Below, piece after piece: positions 15,617 to 23,553 of a stretch of DNA of 24,000 nt (within the stretch, counting starts at the first letter, position 1; each line of letters opens with the position of its first letter). A program made the translations under genes and the position numbers. The notes beneath the pieces are model-generated. The model was given only the letters and a program-made list of their open reading frames with translations, was not told where the DNA came from and searched no databases. Origin of the DNA: Geobacter sp. OR-1 (lineage in GTDB: Bacteria; Desulfobacterota; Desulfuromonadia; Geobacterales; DSM-12255); NCBI RefSeq assembly GCF_000813145.1, contig NZ_BAZF01000011.1, positions 110,774-134,773 on the forward strand, given 5' to 3'.

Positions 15617-15880
15617 ATGAAAATCGAATATCCTGCCATATTTGATCCTGCCGACGAAGGCGGATACACAATTACCTTCCATGACTTCCCTGAAGCCATA
15701 AGTGAAGGTGACACCCTTGAAGAAGCCCATTATAACGCCATAGAAGTGTTGGATCTTACTCTGCAATCAAGAATGGAAGATAACGAGATTATCCCTCTTC
15801 CTCACTCCGAATCAGGGGCTAATGTTCATATGATAGCGCCGGATGTCAATATCCAGGCAGCCTTGCTCTCGATTGGCTAA
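15617..15880 (+). CDS. HicB-family (UPF0150-like) antitoxin N-terminal domain, probably a frameshifted remnant
   Basis: 87 aa. MKIEYPAIFDPADEGGYTITFHDFPEAISEGDTLEEAHYNAIEVL is the classic HicB N-terminal fold sequence. It lies in a visibly AT-rich island. A BrnA/DUF4415-like tail is in another frame up to 15963 (see findings). Confidence 0.6.
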   Translation: MKIEYPAIFDPADEGGYTITFHDFPEAISEGDTLEEAHYNAIEVLDLTLQSRMEDNEIIPLPHSESGANVHMIAPDVNIQAALLSIG

Positions 15881-16083
15881 AAAAAGACGGCACAGGTTAC
15901 CAGACCAGGGTCAACAGCATTCTCCGGGCGGTAATGGAACAGCAACGAAAGAAGGCGGCATAACATCTCGGGGCGCAGCCGCGGAGCGAAGCGGAGACGG
16001 TCTGCCGCCGCGGGTTGGCCTCTGCATGATTTATTGGTAGCAACACGCTACGTGCCGGTAGGTTTTAAGTCACATAGAATCAT

Positions 16084-16422
16084 CTATTTTTCTTCTAATT
16101 CCTTATCAGAAGATACCAAGCATAGAAAAACCATCATTATGCCTAGGGTAATTGCAAATAGAATCAAAGCTGTTTTGCTGTAGTGGCTAAGAAATCTTGA
16201 CATAATTGCACCTATTACAATTCCAACTGGAACTAGGGCTCTCGGTGCCTTCGATAAAGTCGCCTTGAACTTCCACACTACCACCATTAAGGGGATTGAT
16301 ATTGAAGCGGCAAAAAATGACAGTTTAGTTAATGTCATTGCTCCAACATCTTGATAACCAAATCCGAGCATGGCTATTAACCCTAAAATAGAAGCAAATA
16401 AGGCTTTACCCTTGTTACCCAT
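16084..16422 (-). CDS. Hypothetical small integral membrane protein (3-4 TM helices), AT-rich
   Basis: 112 aa with several hydrophobic segments (ALFASILGLIAMLGFG, FFAASISIPLMVVVW, LVPVGIVIGAIM, ALILFAITLGIMMVFLCLV). Its codon usage and G+C are clearly unlike the neighbours, and it lies opposite in orientation to the nuo genes. I recognise no family. Confidence 0.55.
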   Translation of the reverse strand: MGNKGKALFASILGLIAMLGFGYQDVGAMTLTKLSFFAASISIPLMVVVWKFKATLSKAPRALVPVGIVIGAIMSRFLSHYSKTALILFAITLGIMMVFLCLVSSDKELEEK

Positions 16423-16752
16423 AATCCCTCAATAATCTCTTGTATTCTCCGAATCTTTATCGGCCCAAATCTTTGTTAGTAGGTTTCCCGATTTAAGTTA
16501 CTAGTTGCCGATATGGGAAGCAAGTTACTTGTATACAGTAACCGGCAAATGATTACCTGAAAGTGAACCCAGGCAGACAGGCAGATTAACCGCCAGTAAT
16601 CCTAGCCTATCCGCCTTTTACACCACCCTCTCCCCTATTACAACCGGAAAATACCATTTAAAATATCCGCTACTTAACGAACACGGTGCAATCGCAAGAA
16701 CATTTGCGGCTTCAGCGGTTGCTCATCTGCCAATAGATGATAGTTTTTAGAT

Positions 16753-17220
16753 ATGATTCCTGAATCGCTGAAGACCGAACTGACAGACCGCATCGCCTCA
16801 GCCGTCACCCCGCGGGAGGCGGCGGTGGATGTGCTGAAGATGCTACAGGCCCATTACGGCTGGGTGACCGACGAGGCGGTTGCTGAGGCAGGGGAACTGC
16901 TCGGGCTCTCCACCCTGCAGGTGGACGAACTGGCGACCTTTTACGAGATGCTGTACCGCCGTCCGGTGGGGAAGCGGGTGATCCATGTCTGCGACTCCAT
17001 CTCCTGCTGGGCCATGGGGGGGGAAACGCTCATGGCCCACCTGGCACGCCATCTGGGAGTGCAGCCCGGCGAGACCACGATGGACGGCATGTTCACCCTG
17101 CTCCCCTGCTGCTGCCTCGGCAACTGCGGGGAGGCGCCGACCCTGATGATCGGCGACACCCTGTACGGGCTGGTGACACCGGAACTGGCAGAGCAGATAA
17201 TGGCAAAGGAGCGGACATGA
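16753..17220 (+). CDS. nuoE: NADH-quinone oxidoreductase subunit E (2Fe-2S)
   Basis: 155 aa. It carries the thioredoxin-like 2Fe-2S ligands in VCDSISCWAMGG and CCCLGNCGEAP. Confidence 0.9.
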   Translation: MIPESLKTELTDRIASAVTPREAAVDVLKMLQAHYGWVTDEAVAEAGELLGLSTLQVDELATFYEMLYRRPVGKRVIHVCDSISCWAMGGETLMAHLARHLGVQPGETTMDGMFTLLPCCCLGNCGEAPTLMIGDTLYGLVTPELAEQIMAKERT

Positions 17221-17525
17221 AACCACAAGGAATCGTCCTGATGGCGTCATGCCTCTTGCTCTGGGCAACGGTTGCCGCAGCAACGGACGGCAAGGCGCTG
17301 TTCGACCGCCATTGCTCCAGCTGCCACTACCAGGGGGACAACCCGACATATCCGAGCAGGCCGCTGTTCCGCCTGTACCGCGAGGCAAACGGGCTGCGGA
17401 CTCAAAAGGACCTGGTGGCCAAGATGCGCCGCGGCGGCCAGGGGATGCCGAGCTTTGCAGCCAAACAGCTTTCCGACGCGGATGCCATGGCAATTGCCGG
17501 CTACATCATCCGGACCTTTGACTGA
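17217..17525 (+). CDS. Monoheme class I c-type cytochrome, secreted
   Basis: 102 aa. It has a signal peptide (MKPQGIVLMASCLLLWATVAAA/TDG), one CSSCH heme-binding site and a distal Met candidate in GGQGMPSF. The ATG overlaps the nuoE TGA (ATGA). Confidence 0.85.
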   Translation: MKPQGIVLMASCLLLWATVAAATDGKALFDRHCSSCHYQGDNPTYPSRPLFRLYREANGLRTQKDLVAKMRRGGQGMPSFAAKQLSDADAMAIAGYIIRTFD

Positions 17526-17556
17526 GCCATATGTTGCCGGCAATTGAGGATGAACC

Positions 17557-17895
17557 ATGATCAGAATCAAGCGCGTCTATAGCGAGCCGGAAGCGGAAGA
17601 CGGCATCCGTATCCTGGTGGACCGACTCTGGCCGCGGGGGGTGGCAAAGGAAGCGGCCCGCATCGATGAATGGTGCAAGGAGATCGCGCCGAGCAATGAA
17701 CTACGGCAGTGGTTCGGCCATGATCCGGCCAGGTGGGACGAATTCCGGGGCCGCTACCGCCAGGAGCTGGCAGGGCACGAAGATATCCTGACACGGCTTC
17801 GGAATATTGCGCAAAAAGGGGCCGTGACCCTGCTCTATGCAGCCAAAGACGAAGAACACAACAATGCCGTGGTTTTGAAAGAGCTGATCGAGTGA
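17557..17895 (+). CDS. DUF488 (YeaO-like) protein
   Basis: 112 aa. RVYSEPEAEDGIRILVDRLWPRG ... LLYAAKDEEHNNAVVL closely follows E. coli YeaO as I recall it. The stop overlaps the nuoF ATG (TGATG). Confidence 0.85.
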   Translation: MIRIKRVYSEPEAEDGIRILVDRLWPRGVAKEAARIDEWCKEIAPSNELRQWFGHDPARWDEFRGRYRQELAGHEDILTRLRNIAQKGAVTLLYAAKDEEHNNAVVLKELIE

Positions 17896-19184
17896 TGGAA
17901 CAGGTGCTTTTTCGCCATAACCGCCCCGGCCGGTGCGTCACCTTTGGGGAATACCGCGACGAGGGGGGATTCGAAGCGCTCAGGAAGGCGCTGGCCGGGA
18001 TGTCGCCCGTTGACGTCCAGCAGACCGTGATCGACTCCGGCCTTCGCGGGCGCGGCGGCGCCGGGTTCCCGACCGGCAAGAAATGGTCGTTCGTGCCGCG
18101 CGACCTGGCGGGGCGGTATCTGATCTGCAACTGCGACGAGATGGAGCCCGGCACCTACAAGGACCGGCTGCTGCTGGAGGCCAACCCCTATTCCCTGGTG
18201 GAGGGGATGGCGCTGGCCGCCTACAGCCTCGGCGTGAATCATGCCTTCGTCTTTATCCGCCGCGGTTACGAGCAGGGTGCGGGCAATCTCAGGCGGGCAA
18301 TCGCCGAGGCAGCGGCAGCAGGGCTGCTGGGCGAAAACATCCTCGGTTCCGGCTTTTCCCTGCATCTGGACGTCCACCAGTCGGCCGGGCGGTATATCTG
18401 CGGCGAAGAGACCGCACTGATGAACGCACTGGAAGGGAAGCGGGCCAATCCAAGGTCCAAGCCACCCTTCCCTGCGGTGAAAGGGCTCTGGGGGCGGCCG
18501 ACCGTGGTCAACAACGTGGAGACCCTTGCCAATATTCCGTATATCGTCGCCAATGGCGCCGCCTGGTTCAAGGGGCTGGCAAAGATCCCGGAGGCCAGCG
18601 GCACCAAGCTGTTCTGCGTCAGCGGCCATGTCCGGAACCCGGCCTGCCTGGAGCTGCCGCTCGGTACCACGCTCGGCGAGGTGATTGACAACCACTGCGG
18701 CGGGATGCGTGCCGAGAGTTCATTCAAGGCCTGCCTGCCGGGCGGGGCCTCCACGCCGTACCTGACCCGTGACCACTGGAACCTGGCGCTGGATTTCGAC
18801 ACCGTGGCCAGGGCCGGGTCGCGGCTCGGCACCGGCGGCATCGTGGTCTTTGACCAGACGACCTGCATGGTGGCAGCCACGCTCAACCTAGGACGGTTCT
18901 ACAGCCGCGAATCGTGCGGCTGGTGCACGCCCTGCCGTGAAGGGCTGCCGTACGTGGTCCACCTGCTGGAAAGCATCGAGAACGGCGAAGGTCTCGACGA
19001 ACATATCGAAATCCTGGCCGAGCACCTGAACTATCTGAACTACGCCTTCTGTCCGCTGGCGCCGGGCGCAATGGGGCCGGTAGAGGGACTGTTGAAGCAT
19101 TTCAAGGAAGAGCTGCAGGAACATATCATCAAGAAACAATGCCCTTTCAGACCAAACAGACCGGGAGGAGTTCATGGGAACTGA
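17895..19184 (+). CDS. nuoF: NADH-quinone oxidoreductase subunit F (FMN, NADH site, 4Fe-4S N3)
   Basis: 429 aa from MEQVLFRH. It has GRGGAGFPTGKKW, YICGEETALMNALEG and ESCGWCTPCREG. The upstream extension in the track ORF, from 17733, is Arg/Pro-rich and overlaps DUF488. Confidence 0.92.
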   Translation: MEQVLFRHNRPGRCVTFGEYRDEGGFEALRKALAGMSPVDVQQTVIDSGLRGRGGAGFPTGKKWSFVPRDLAGRYLICNCDEMEPGTYKDRLLLEANPYSLVEGMALAAYSLGVNHAFVFIRRGYEQGAGNLRRAIAEAAAAGLLGENILGSGFSLHLDVHQSAGRYICGEETALMNALEGKRANPRSKPPFPAVKGLWGRPTVVNNVETLANIPYIVANGAAWFKGLAKIPEASGTKLFCVSGHVRNPACLELPLGTTLGEVIDNHCGGMRAESSFKACLPGGASTPYLTRDHWNLALDFDTVARAGSRLGTGGIVVFDQTTCMVAATLNLGRFYSRESCGWCTPCREGLPYVVHLLESIENGEGLDEHIEILAEHLNYLNYAFCPLAPGAMGPVEGLLKHFKEELQEHIIKKQCPFRPNRPGGVHGN

Positions 19185-19719
19185 TGGCTGCTGCTGTCGA
19201 TTCAACTGGAAACAGGTCGGTGACATTGCCCTGGGGAGGCCGCACCTCGGCCCGATGATGCATTTGGCTGTCTACCGGCTGATGCAATACACCCTCAGGG
19301 AGATGATCTGCCGGGAATACGGCCACGACAAGGCTTCCGACCTGCTGCGGACTGCCGGACTGCGTGCCGGCGAGGAGTTCTGCGCGAATATGCTGAACTG
19401 CAGCCAGGATTTCAACGGGTTTATTGCCGAACTGCAGGAAAAGCTGCGGGAGTTGGGGGTCGGTATCCTGCGGATCGAAAAGGCCGATCTGGAACAGATG
19501 AATTTCACCCTCACTGTTGGCGAGGACCTGGACTGTTCCGGGCTGCCGGTAACCGGAGCAGCGGTCTGCGAATACGACGAAGGTTTCATTGCCGGCGTGC
19601 TCGGCAGATACACCGGAAAAGCCTTTGCGGCCAAAGAGGTGGACTGCTGGGCAACCGGCGACCGAACCTGCCGTTTCAGCGTGACCCTTGCCGATCAGGT
19701 CGGTGACAATGGCAACTAG
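19174..19719 (+). CDS. V4R (4-vinyl reductase) domain protein, Cys-rich
   Basis: 181 aa, with GGAGGAG upstream. The C-terminal V4R-type signature is EVDCWATGDRTCRF. There is an N-terminal CCC triplet (MGTDGCCCR). It overlaps the nuoF end by 11 nt. Confidence 0.7.
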   Translation: MGTDGCCCRFNWKQVGDIALGRPHLGPMMHLAVYRLMQYTLREMICREYGHDKASDLLRTAGLRAGEEFCANMLNCSQDFNGFIAELQEKLRELGVGILRIEKADLEQMNFTLTVGEDLDCSGLPVTGAAVCEYDEGFIAGVLGRYTGKAFAAKEVDCWATGDRTCRFSVTLADQVGDNGN

Positions 19720-20620
19720 CGCCGACATCATCAAGCATTGCCGGGAGCGGATCGAGGCCCTGCTTTCCGGAGAGACACCTGACCCGATCGAGATCCCGGC
19801 TAAGATATCGCCTGAGGCAAGGGAGCTTTGTCACGCCTGCAACCGGCTGATAACCGCGCAGAAAGAGGCCGCCACCTTCCTTGCGGCCCTGGCCAACGGT
19901 AACCTGGAAGTGGAACCGCCGCCGCGAAACCTGCTCATCTCCCCTTTCAAGCAGCTCCATGCCAGCCTGCGCCACTTGGTCTGGCAGACGAGCCAGGTGG
20001 CAGCCGGCGATCTCGACCAGCATGTCGATTTCCTCGGCGAGCTTTCCACATCGTTCAACAAGATGATCGAATCGCTGAGGCAGAAACAAACCGTTGAGGA
20101 ACTGCTCCGGTACCTGAGCAACCACGACCCGATGACAGGTTTATACAACCGGCTCTACTTCAATGAGGAGCTGGCCCGGCTCGACCGGAGCCGTCAGATC
20201 CCGTCCAGCATCATCATCGCTGACCTGAACGGCTTGAAGCAGGTCAACGACTCCCAGGGCCACGAGGCCGGCGACCTCCTGATCCTGGCCGCTGCCGAGA
20301 TCATCCGCGCCGGGGTCAGGGCCGACGACGTGGCGGCCCGGATCGGTGGCGACGAATTTGCCGTCATCCTGCCGTTTACCCGCTACGATGAGGCCGAGAC
20401 CGTACTGAAACGGATCAGGAAGAAGGAAGCGATTCAACGCAACCGGAGCGACCTGCAGGTCCACATGGCATACGGGCTCGCAACTGCCGAGCAGCAGGGG
20501 GAGATGGCCGCGGCGCTGAAACTAGCCGACAAGCGGATGTACGAGGAAAAATTCGCCGCCAGGAACAGCTCTTGCCGCTGCTCGGCAAACGGGGAGCACA
20601 AGGAAGAATGCCGCGACTGA
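19709..20620 (+). CDS. Soluble diguanylate cyclase (HAMP-like linker plus GGDEF with I-site)
   Basis: The HAMP-like segment is AAGDLDQHVDFLGELSTSFNKMIESL. The GGDEF domain shows DPMTGLYNR, an intact RIGGDEF, and RADD exactly 5 residues upstream of GGDEF (an RxxD I-site). It overlaps V4R by 11 nt and nuoG by 13 nt. I preferred the ATG at 19709 to the TTG at 19688. Confidence 0.85.
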   Translation: MATSADIIKHCRERIEALLSGETPDPIEIPAKISPEARELCHACNRLITAQKEAATFLAALANGNLEVEPPPRNLLISPFKQLHASLRHLVWQTSQVAAGDLDQHVDFLGELSTSFNKMIESLRQKQTVEELLRYLSNHDPMTGLYNRLYFNEELARLDRSRQIPSSIIIADLNGLKQVNDSQGHEAGDLLILAAAEIIRAGVRADDVAARIGGDEFAVILPFTRYDEAETVLKRIRKKEAIQRNRSDLQVHMAYGLATAEQQGEMAAALKLADKRMYEEKFAARNSSCRCSANGEHKEECRD

Positions 20621-22491
20621 TCATCGACTCCATACCGGTCATTGCCCCGGACGGCACCAGCGTCCTGGAAGCGGCCGCAAGCATCGGCATCCGGATCCCC
20701 CACTTCTGCTGGCATCCGGCGCTCGGCAAGGCGGGCGCCTGCCGGGTCTGCGCCGTCAAACTGCTGGAAGGGCCGGTCAAGGGTATCCAGATGTCATGCA
20801 TGCTCCCGGCGGCAGACGGGATGGTGGTCTCCACAACCGATAGCGAAGCAGTGGCCATGCGGCGCCATGTCATCGAGTGGCTGATGATCAACCACCCGCA
20901 CGACTGCCCGGTCTGCGACGAAGGCGGGGAATGCCTCCTCCAGGATTTCACCATTGCCGGCGGCCACGGTATCAGGCGTTACGACGGCAGGAAACGGACC
21001 CACCGGAACCAGGATCTCGGCCCGCATATCGAGCACGAGATGAACCGCTGCATCCAGTGCTACCGCTGCGCCCGCTTCTACCAGGAGTTTGCCGGCGGAG
21101 ACGACTTCGGGGTCATGGGGAGCGCGGCCAGGGTCTATTTCGGCCGGTTCCACGACGGCCCGCTCGAATCCCCCTTTTCCGGCAACCTGGTGGACATCTG
21201 CCCCACCGGTGTCTTCACCGACAAGACGGCCCGGTTCCGGGCTCGGTACTGGGACTACGACATGGCGCCGTCCATCTGCCCGCACTGCTCTCTTGGGTGC
21301 AATACCACGCCGGCGGCCCGGTACCGGGAGCTGCTGAAGATAATTGCCCGGAGAAACGACCAGGTCAACGGCTGGTTCATCTGCGATCGAGGGCGATTCG
21401 GCACCATCGGGGTCAACGATCCGGATCGGCCGCGGCTGCCTCTGGTGGACGGCCGGGAAGCGGCCTGGGACGAGGCGATCGACGACCTGCTGATCAGGAT
21501 CAGGGAGTTCCGGGCCCTGAACGGTTCCGAAAGCATCGCACTGGCCGGTTCTTCCCGGATGACCCTGGAAGGAAACCTGCTGCTGATACAGCTTGCCGGA
21601 ATCCTCGGTTGTTCGCTCAGCTTTTACGCCGGCGCAACGGAGCAGGCAGAGGCGATGGCGGCGGTAACGCTGTTGTCAGGGGAGCGTAGCGCCTCGATGA
21701 GCGACGTTGCGCAGAGCGACTGCATCGTCATTACCGGCTGCAACCTGCTCGAAGCCGGGCCGATGATGGCCCTGGCAGTGCGGCAGGGATGGCGCCGCGG
21801 GGCAAAGGTCTTCCTGGTCGATGCGCCATCGGACCAGTTGCCGTTTGAGTACACCAGTGCCGGGTCATTGGCCGAAATCCCGCTTGCCGCGGCGAAACAG
21901 CCGGTGATCATCTGCTCTGTAACCGGGGCAGATCGGATACTGCCGGTATTGGCGTCGGCTCCCGGCGCCAGGATTGCCGTGCTGTTTACCGGTCCCAACA
22001 GCTTTGCCACGGCGTTGCTGGCGCATGAGCACGGAACAGTTCCCCTGGAAGAGGCGATCAGCAGCGGCAGGGTCAATGGAATCATCTGCTTTGAGCCGGA
22101 CTCGCCGGAGCAGCTCCCCGCTGATATCACGCTGCTGGCAACAGCCGACTGGCGCCCTTCTGCGGCCGTATCCCGGGCAGCGGTATTTCTTCCCGCAACT
22201 CCCTGGGTCGAGATGGACGGCACCTTTATCAACAACGAGGGGCGGTCGCAGCGGTTCCGGCGGGTAATGCGCCCCGGCCTGCCGGTCAAGGGGCTCGACC
22301 CGGCATTCCATCCTCCCCGGGTGCATAGCAGCGAGCCGCCCGGCGGCCTGCCCCGGCCAGGGGCCGATATCATCGCCGCCATAATTGGCCGGATTACGGG
22401 CGAGCCGGCGCCATCCCCCTATTCCGGCCGCTGGGAGCCCCTGGCCGATATCGACCCGGAAGGGCCTGGGATCAGGGTGCAGACCCTATGA
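20608..22491 (+). CDS. nuoG: NADH-quinone oxidoreductase subunit G (short form)
   Basis: 627 aa from MPRLIIDS, behind AGGAAG. It has the 2Fe-2S region CWHPALGKAGACRVCAV, the His-ligated cluster motif HPHDCPVCDEGGEC and the 4Fe-4S motif CIQCYRCARF...CPTG. The molybdopterin-like domain is shorter than in E. coli NuoG. Confidence 0.88.
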   Translation: MPRLIIDSIPVIAPDGTSVLEAAASIGIRIPHFCWHPALGKAGACRVCAVKLLEGPVKGIQMSCMLPAADGMVVSTTDSEAVAMRRHVIEWLMINHPHDCPVCDEGGECLLQDFTIAGGHGIRRYDGRKRTHRNQDLGPHIEHEMNRCIQCYRCARFYQEFAGGDDFGVMGSAARVYFGRFHDGPLESPFSGNLVDICPTGVFTDKTARFRARYWDYDMAPSICPHCSLGCNTTPAARYRELLKIIARRNDQVNGWFICDRGRFGTIGVNDPDRPRLPLVDGREAAWDEAIDDLLIRIREFRALNGSESIALAGSSRMTLEGNLLLIQLAGILGCSLSFYAGATEQAEAMAAVTLLSGERSASMSDVAQSDCIVITGCNLLEAGPMMALAVRQGWRRGAKVFLVDAPSDQLPFEYTSAGSLAEIPLAAAKQPVIICSVTGADRILPVLASAPGARIAVLFTGPNSFATALLAHEHGTVPLEEAISSGRVNGIICFEPDSPEQLPADITLLATADWRPSAAVSRAAVFLPATPWVEMDGTFINNEGRSQRFRRVMRPGLPVKGLDPAFHPPRVHSSEPPGGLPRPGADIIAAIIGRITGEPAPSPYSGRWEPLADIDPEGPGIRVQTL

Positions 22492-23480
22492 GCATTATCT
22501 CCCTCGATATTGCCGTCATCCTGGCCAAGATCGCCCTGCTCCTGTTCGCGGTCCTGACCCTGGCAGCCTACCTGGTCTTTGCCGAGCGGAAGCTGCTCGC
22601 CTGGGTCCAGGATCGTAAAGGGCCGAACCGGGTCGGACCGCTCGGGCTGCTGCAGCCGCTGGCAGACCTGATCAAGCTGCTCACCAAGGAGGATTTCCGG
22701 CCGCTTGGGGCCGACAAGTGGATCTTCTACCTGGCGCCGGCCATGGCCGCCATCCCGGCGATCATGACCCTGGCAATAGTCCCGTTCGGCGCGCCGGTGA
22801 CCATCATGGGATTTGAGGTGACGCTGCAGATCGTTGACCTGAACATCGGGCTGCTGGTCTTCCTGGCGCTCTCTTCGATCGCGGTCTACGGCGTGGCCCT
22901 CGGCGGCTGGGCCTCCAACTCGAAATACGCCCTGCTCGGGAGCATCCGGGGGCTGGCCCAGCTGATCTCCTACGAACTCTCCATGGGGCTCTCGCTGGTG
23001 CCGGTGGTAATGCTGGCCCGCTCCTTCAAGCTGTCGGAGATCGTCAATGCCCAGGAAGGCTGCTGGTTCATCGTCTACCAGCCACTCTCGTTCATCATCT
23101 TCCTGGTCAGCATCCTGGCTGAATGCAAGCGGATCCCGTTCGACATTCCGGAGGCCGAAGGGGAGCTGGTGGCCGGGTTCCATACCGAGTATTCCGGGAT
23201 GAGGTTCGGGCTCTTCTTTGTGGGAGAGTACATCAACATCGTCGTGCTCGGCGGCCTGGCCGCAACCTTTTTCCTCGGCGGCTGGCACGGACCGCTCCTG
23301 CCGCCGCTGGTCTGGTTCTGGGGCAAGGTGTTCGCCTTCGCCTTTCTCTTCATCTGGATTCGTGGTACCATGCCGCGACTCCGCTACGACCAGCTGATGC
23401 ATTTGGGCTGGAAAGTCCTGACCCCGCTGGCGCTGGTCAACATCCTGGTCACCGGCTGGTGGCTGGTCATGAGAGTGTGA
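22488..23480 (+). CDS. nuoH: NADH-quinone oxidoreductase subunit H
   Basis: 330 aa and polytopic. It has [47 protein letters not shown] and [13 protein letters not shown]. The ATG overlaps the nuoG TGA. Confidence 0.93.
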   Translation: MSIISLDIAVILAKIALLLFAVLTLAAYLVFAERKLLAWVQDRKGPNRVGPLGLLQPLADLIKLLTKEDFRPLGADKWIFYLAPAMAAIPAIMTLAIVPFGAPVTIMGFEVTLQIVDLNIGLLVFLALSSIAVYGVALGGWASNSKYALLGSIRGLAQLISYELSMGLSLVPVVMLARSFKLSEIVNAQEGCWFIVYQPLSFIIFLVSILAECKRIPFDIPEAEGELVAGFHTEYSGMRFGLFFVGEYINIVVLGGLAATFFLGGWHGPLLPPLVWFWGKVFAFAFLFIWIRGTMPRLRYDQLMHLGWKVLTPLALVNILVTGWWLVMRV

Positions 23481-23553
23481 CCGGAACAACCAGGTGAGAA
23501 ACAGGAAGTCGAGCAGGCAGTCAATAACCGGCCCTCTTTAAGAAGGAATAATC

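Noticed and set aside
15570-16083. I searched for a HicA or BrnT toxin partner next to the HicB-like gene.
   Set aside because: No ORF of suitable size with a start and SD exists in 15570..15616 or 15964..16083 on either strand. ORF 15843..16040 is Arg/Gly-rich out-of-frame sequence.
3041-20608. Longer N-terminal extensions offered by the ORF track: 3041 for rrf2, 3120 for isf, 3912 for the thioesterase, 5603 for gltB, 17733 for nuoF, 19688 for GGDEF and 20572 for nuoG.
   Set aside because: The extensions lack SD sequences, overlap upstream genes or promoters, use non-ATG starts or encode Arg/Pro-rich junk. Internal ATGs with good SDs coincide with the family-typical N-termini.
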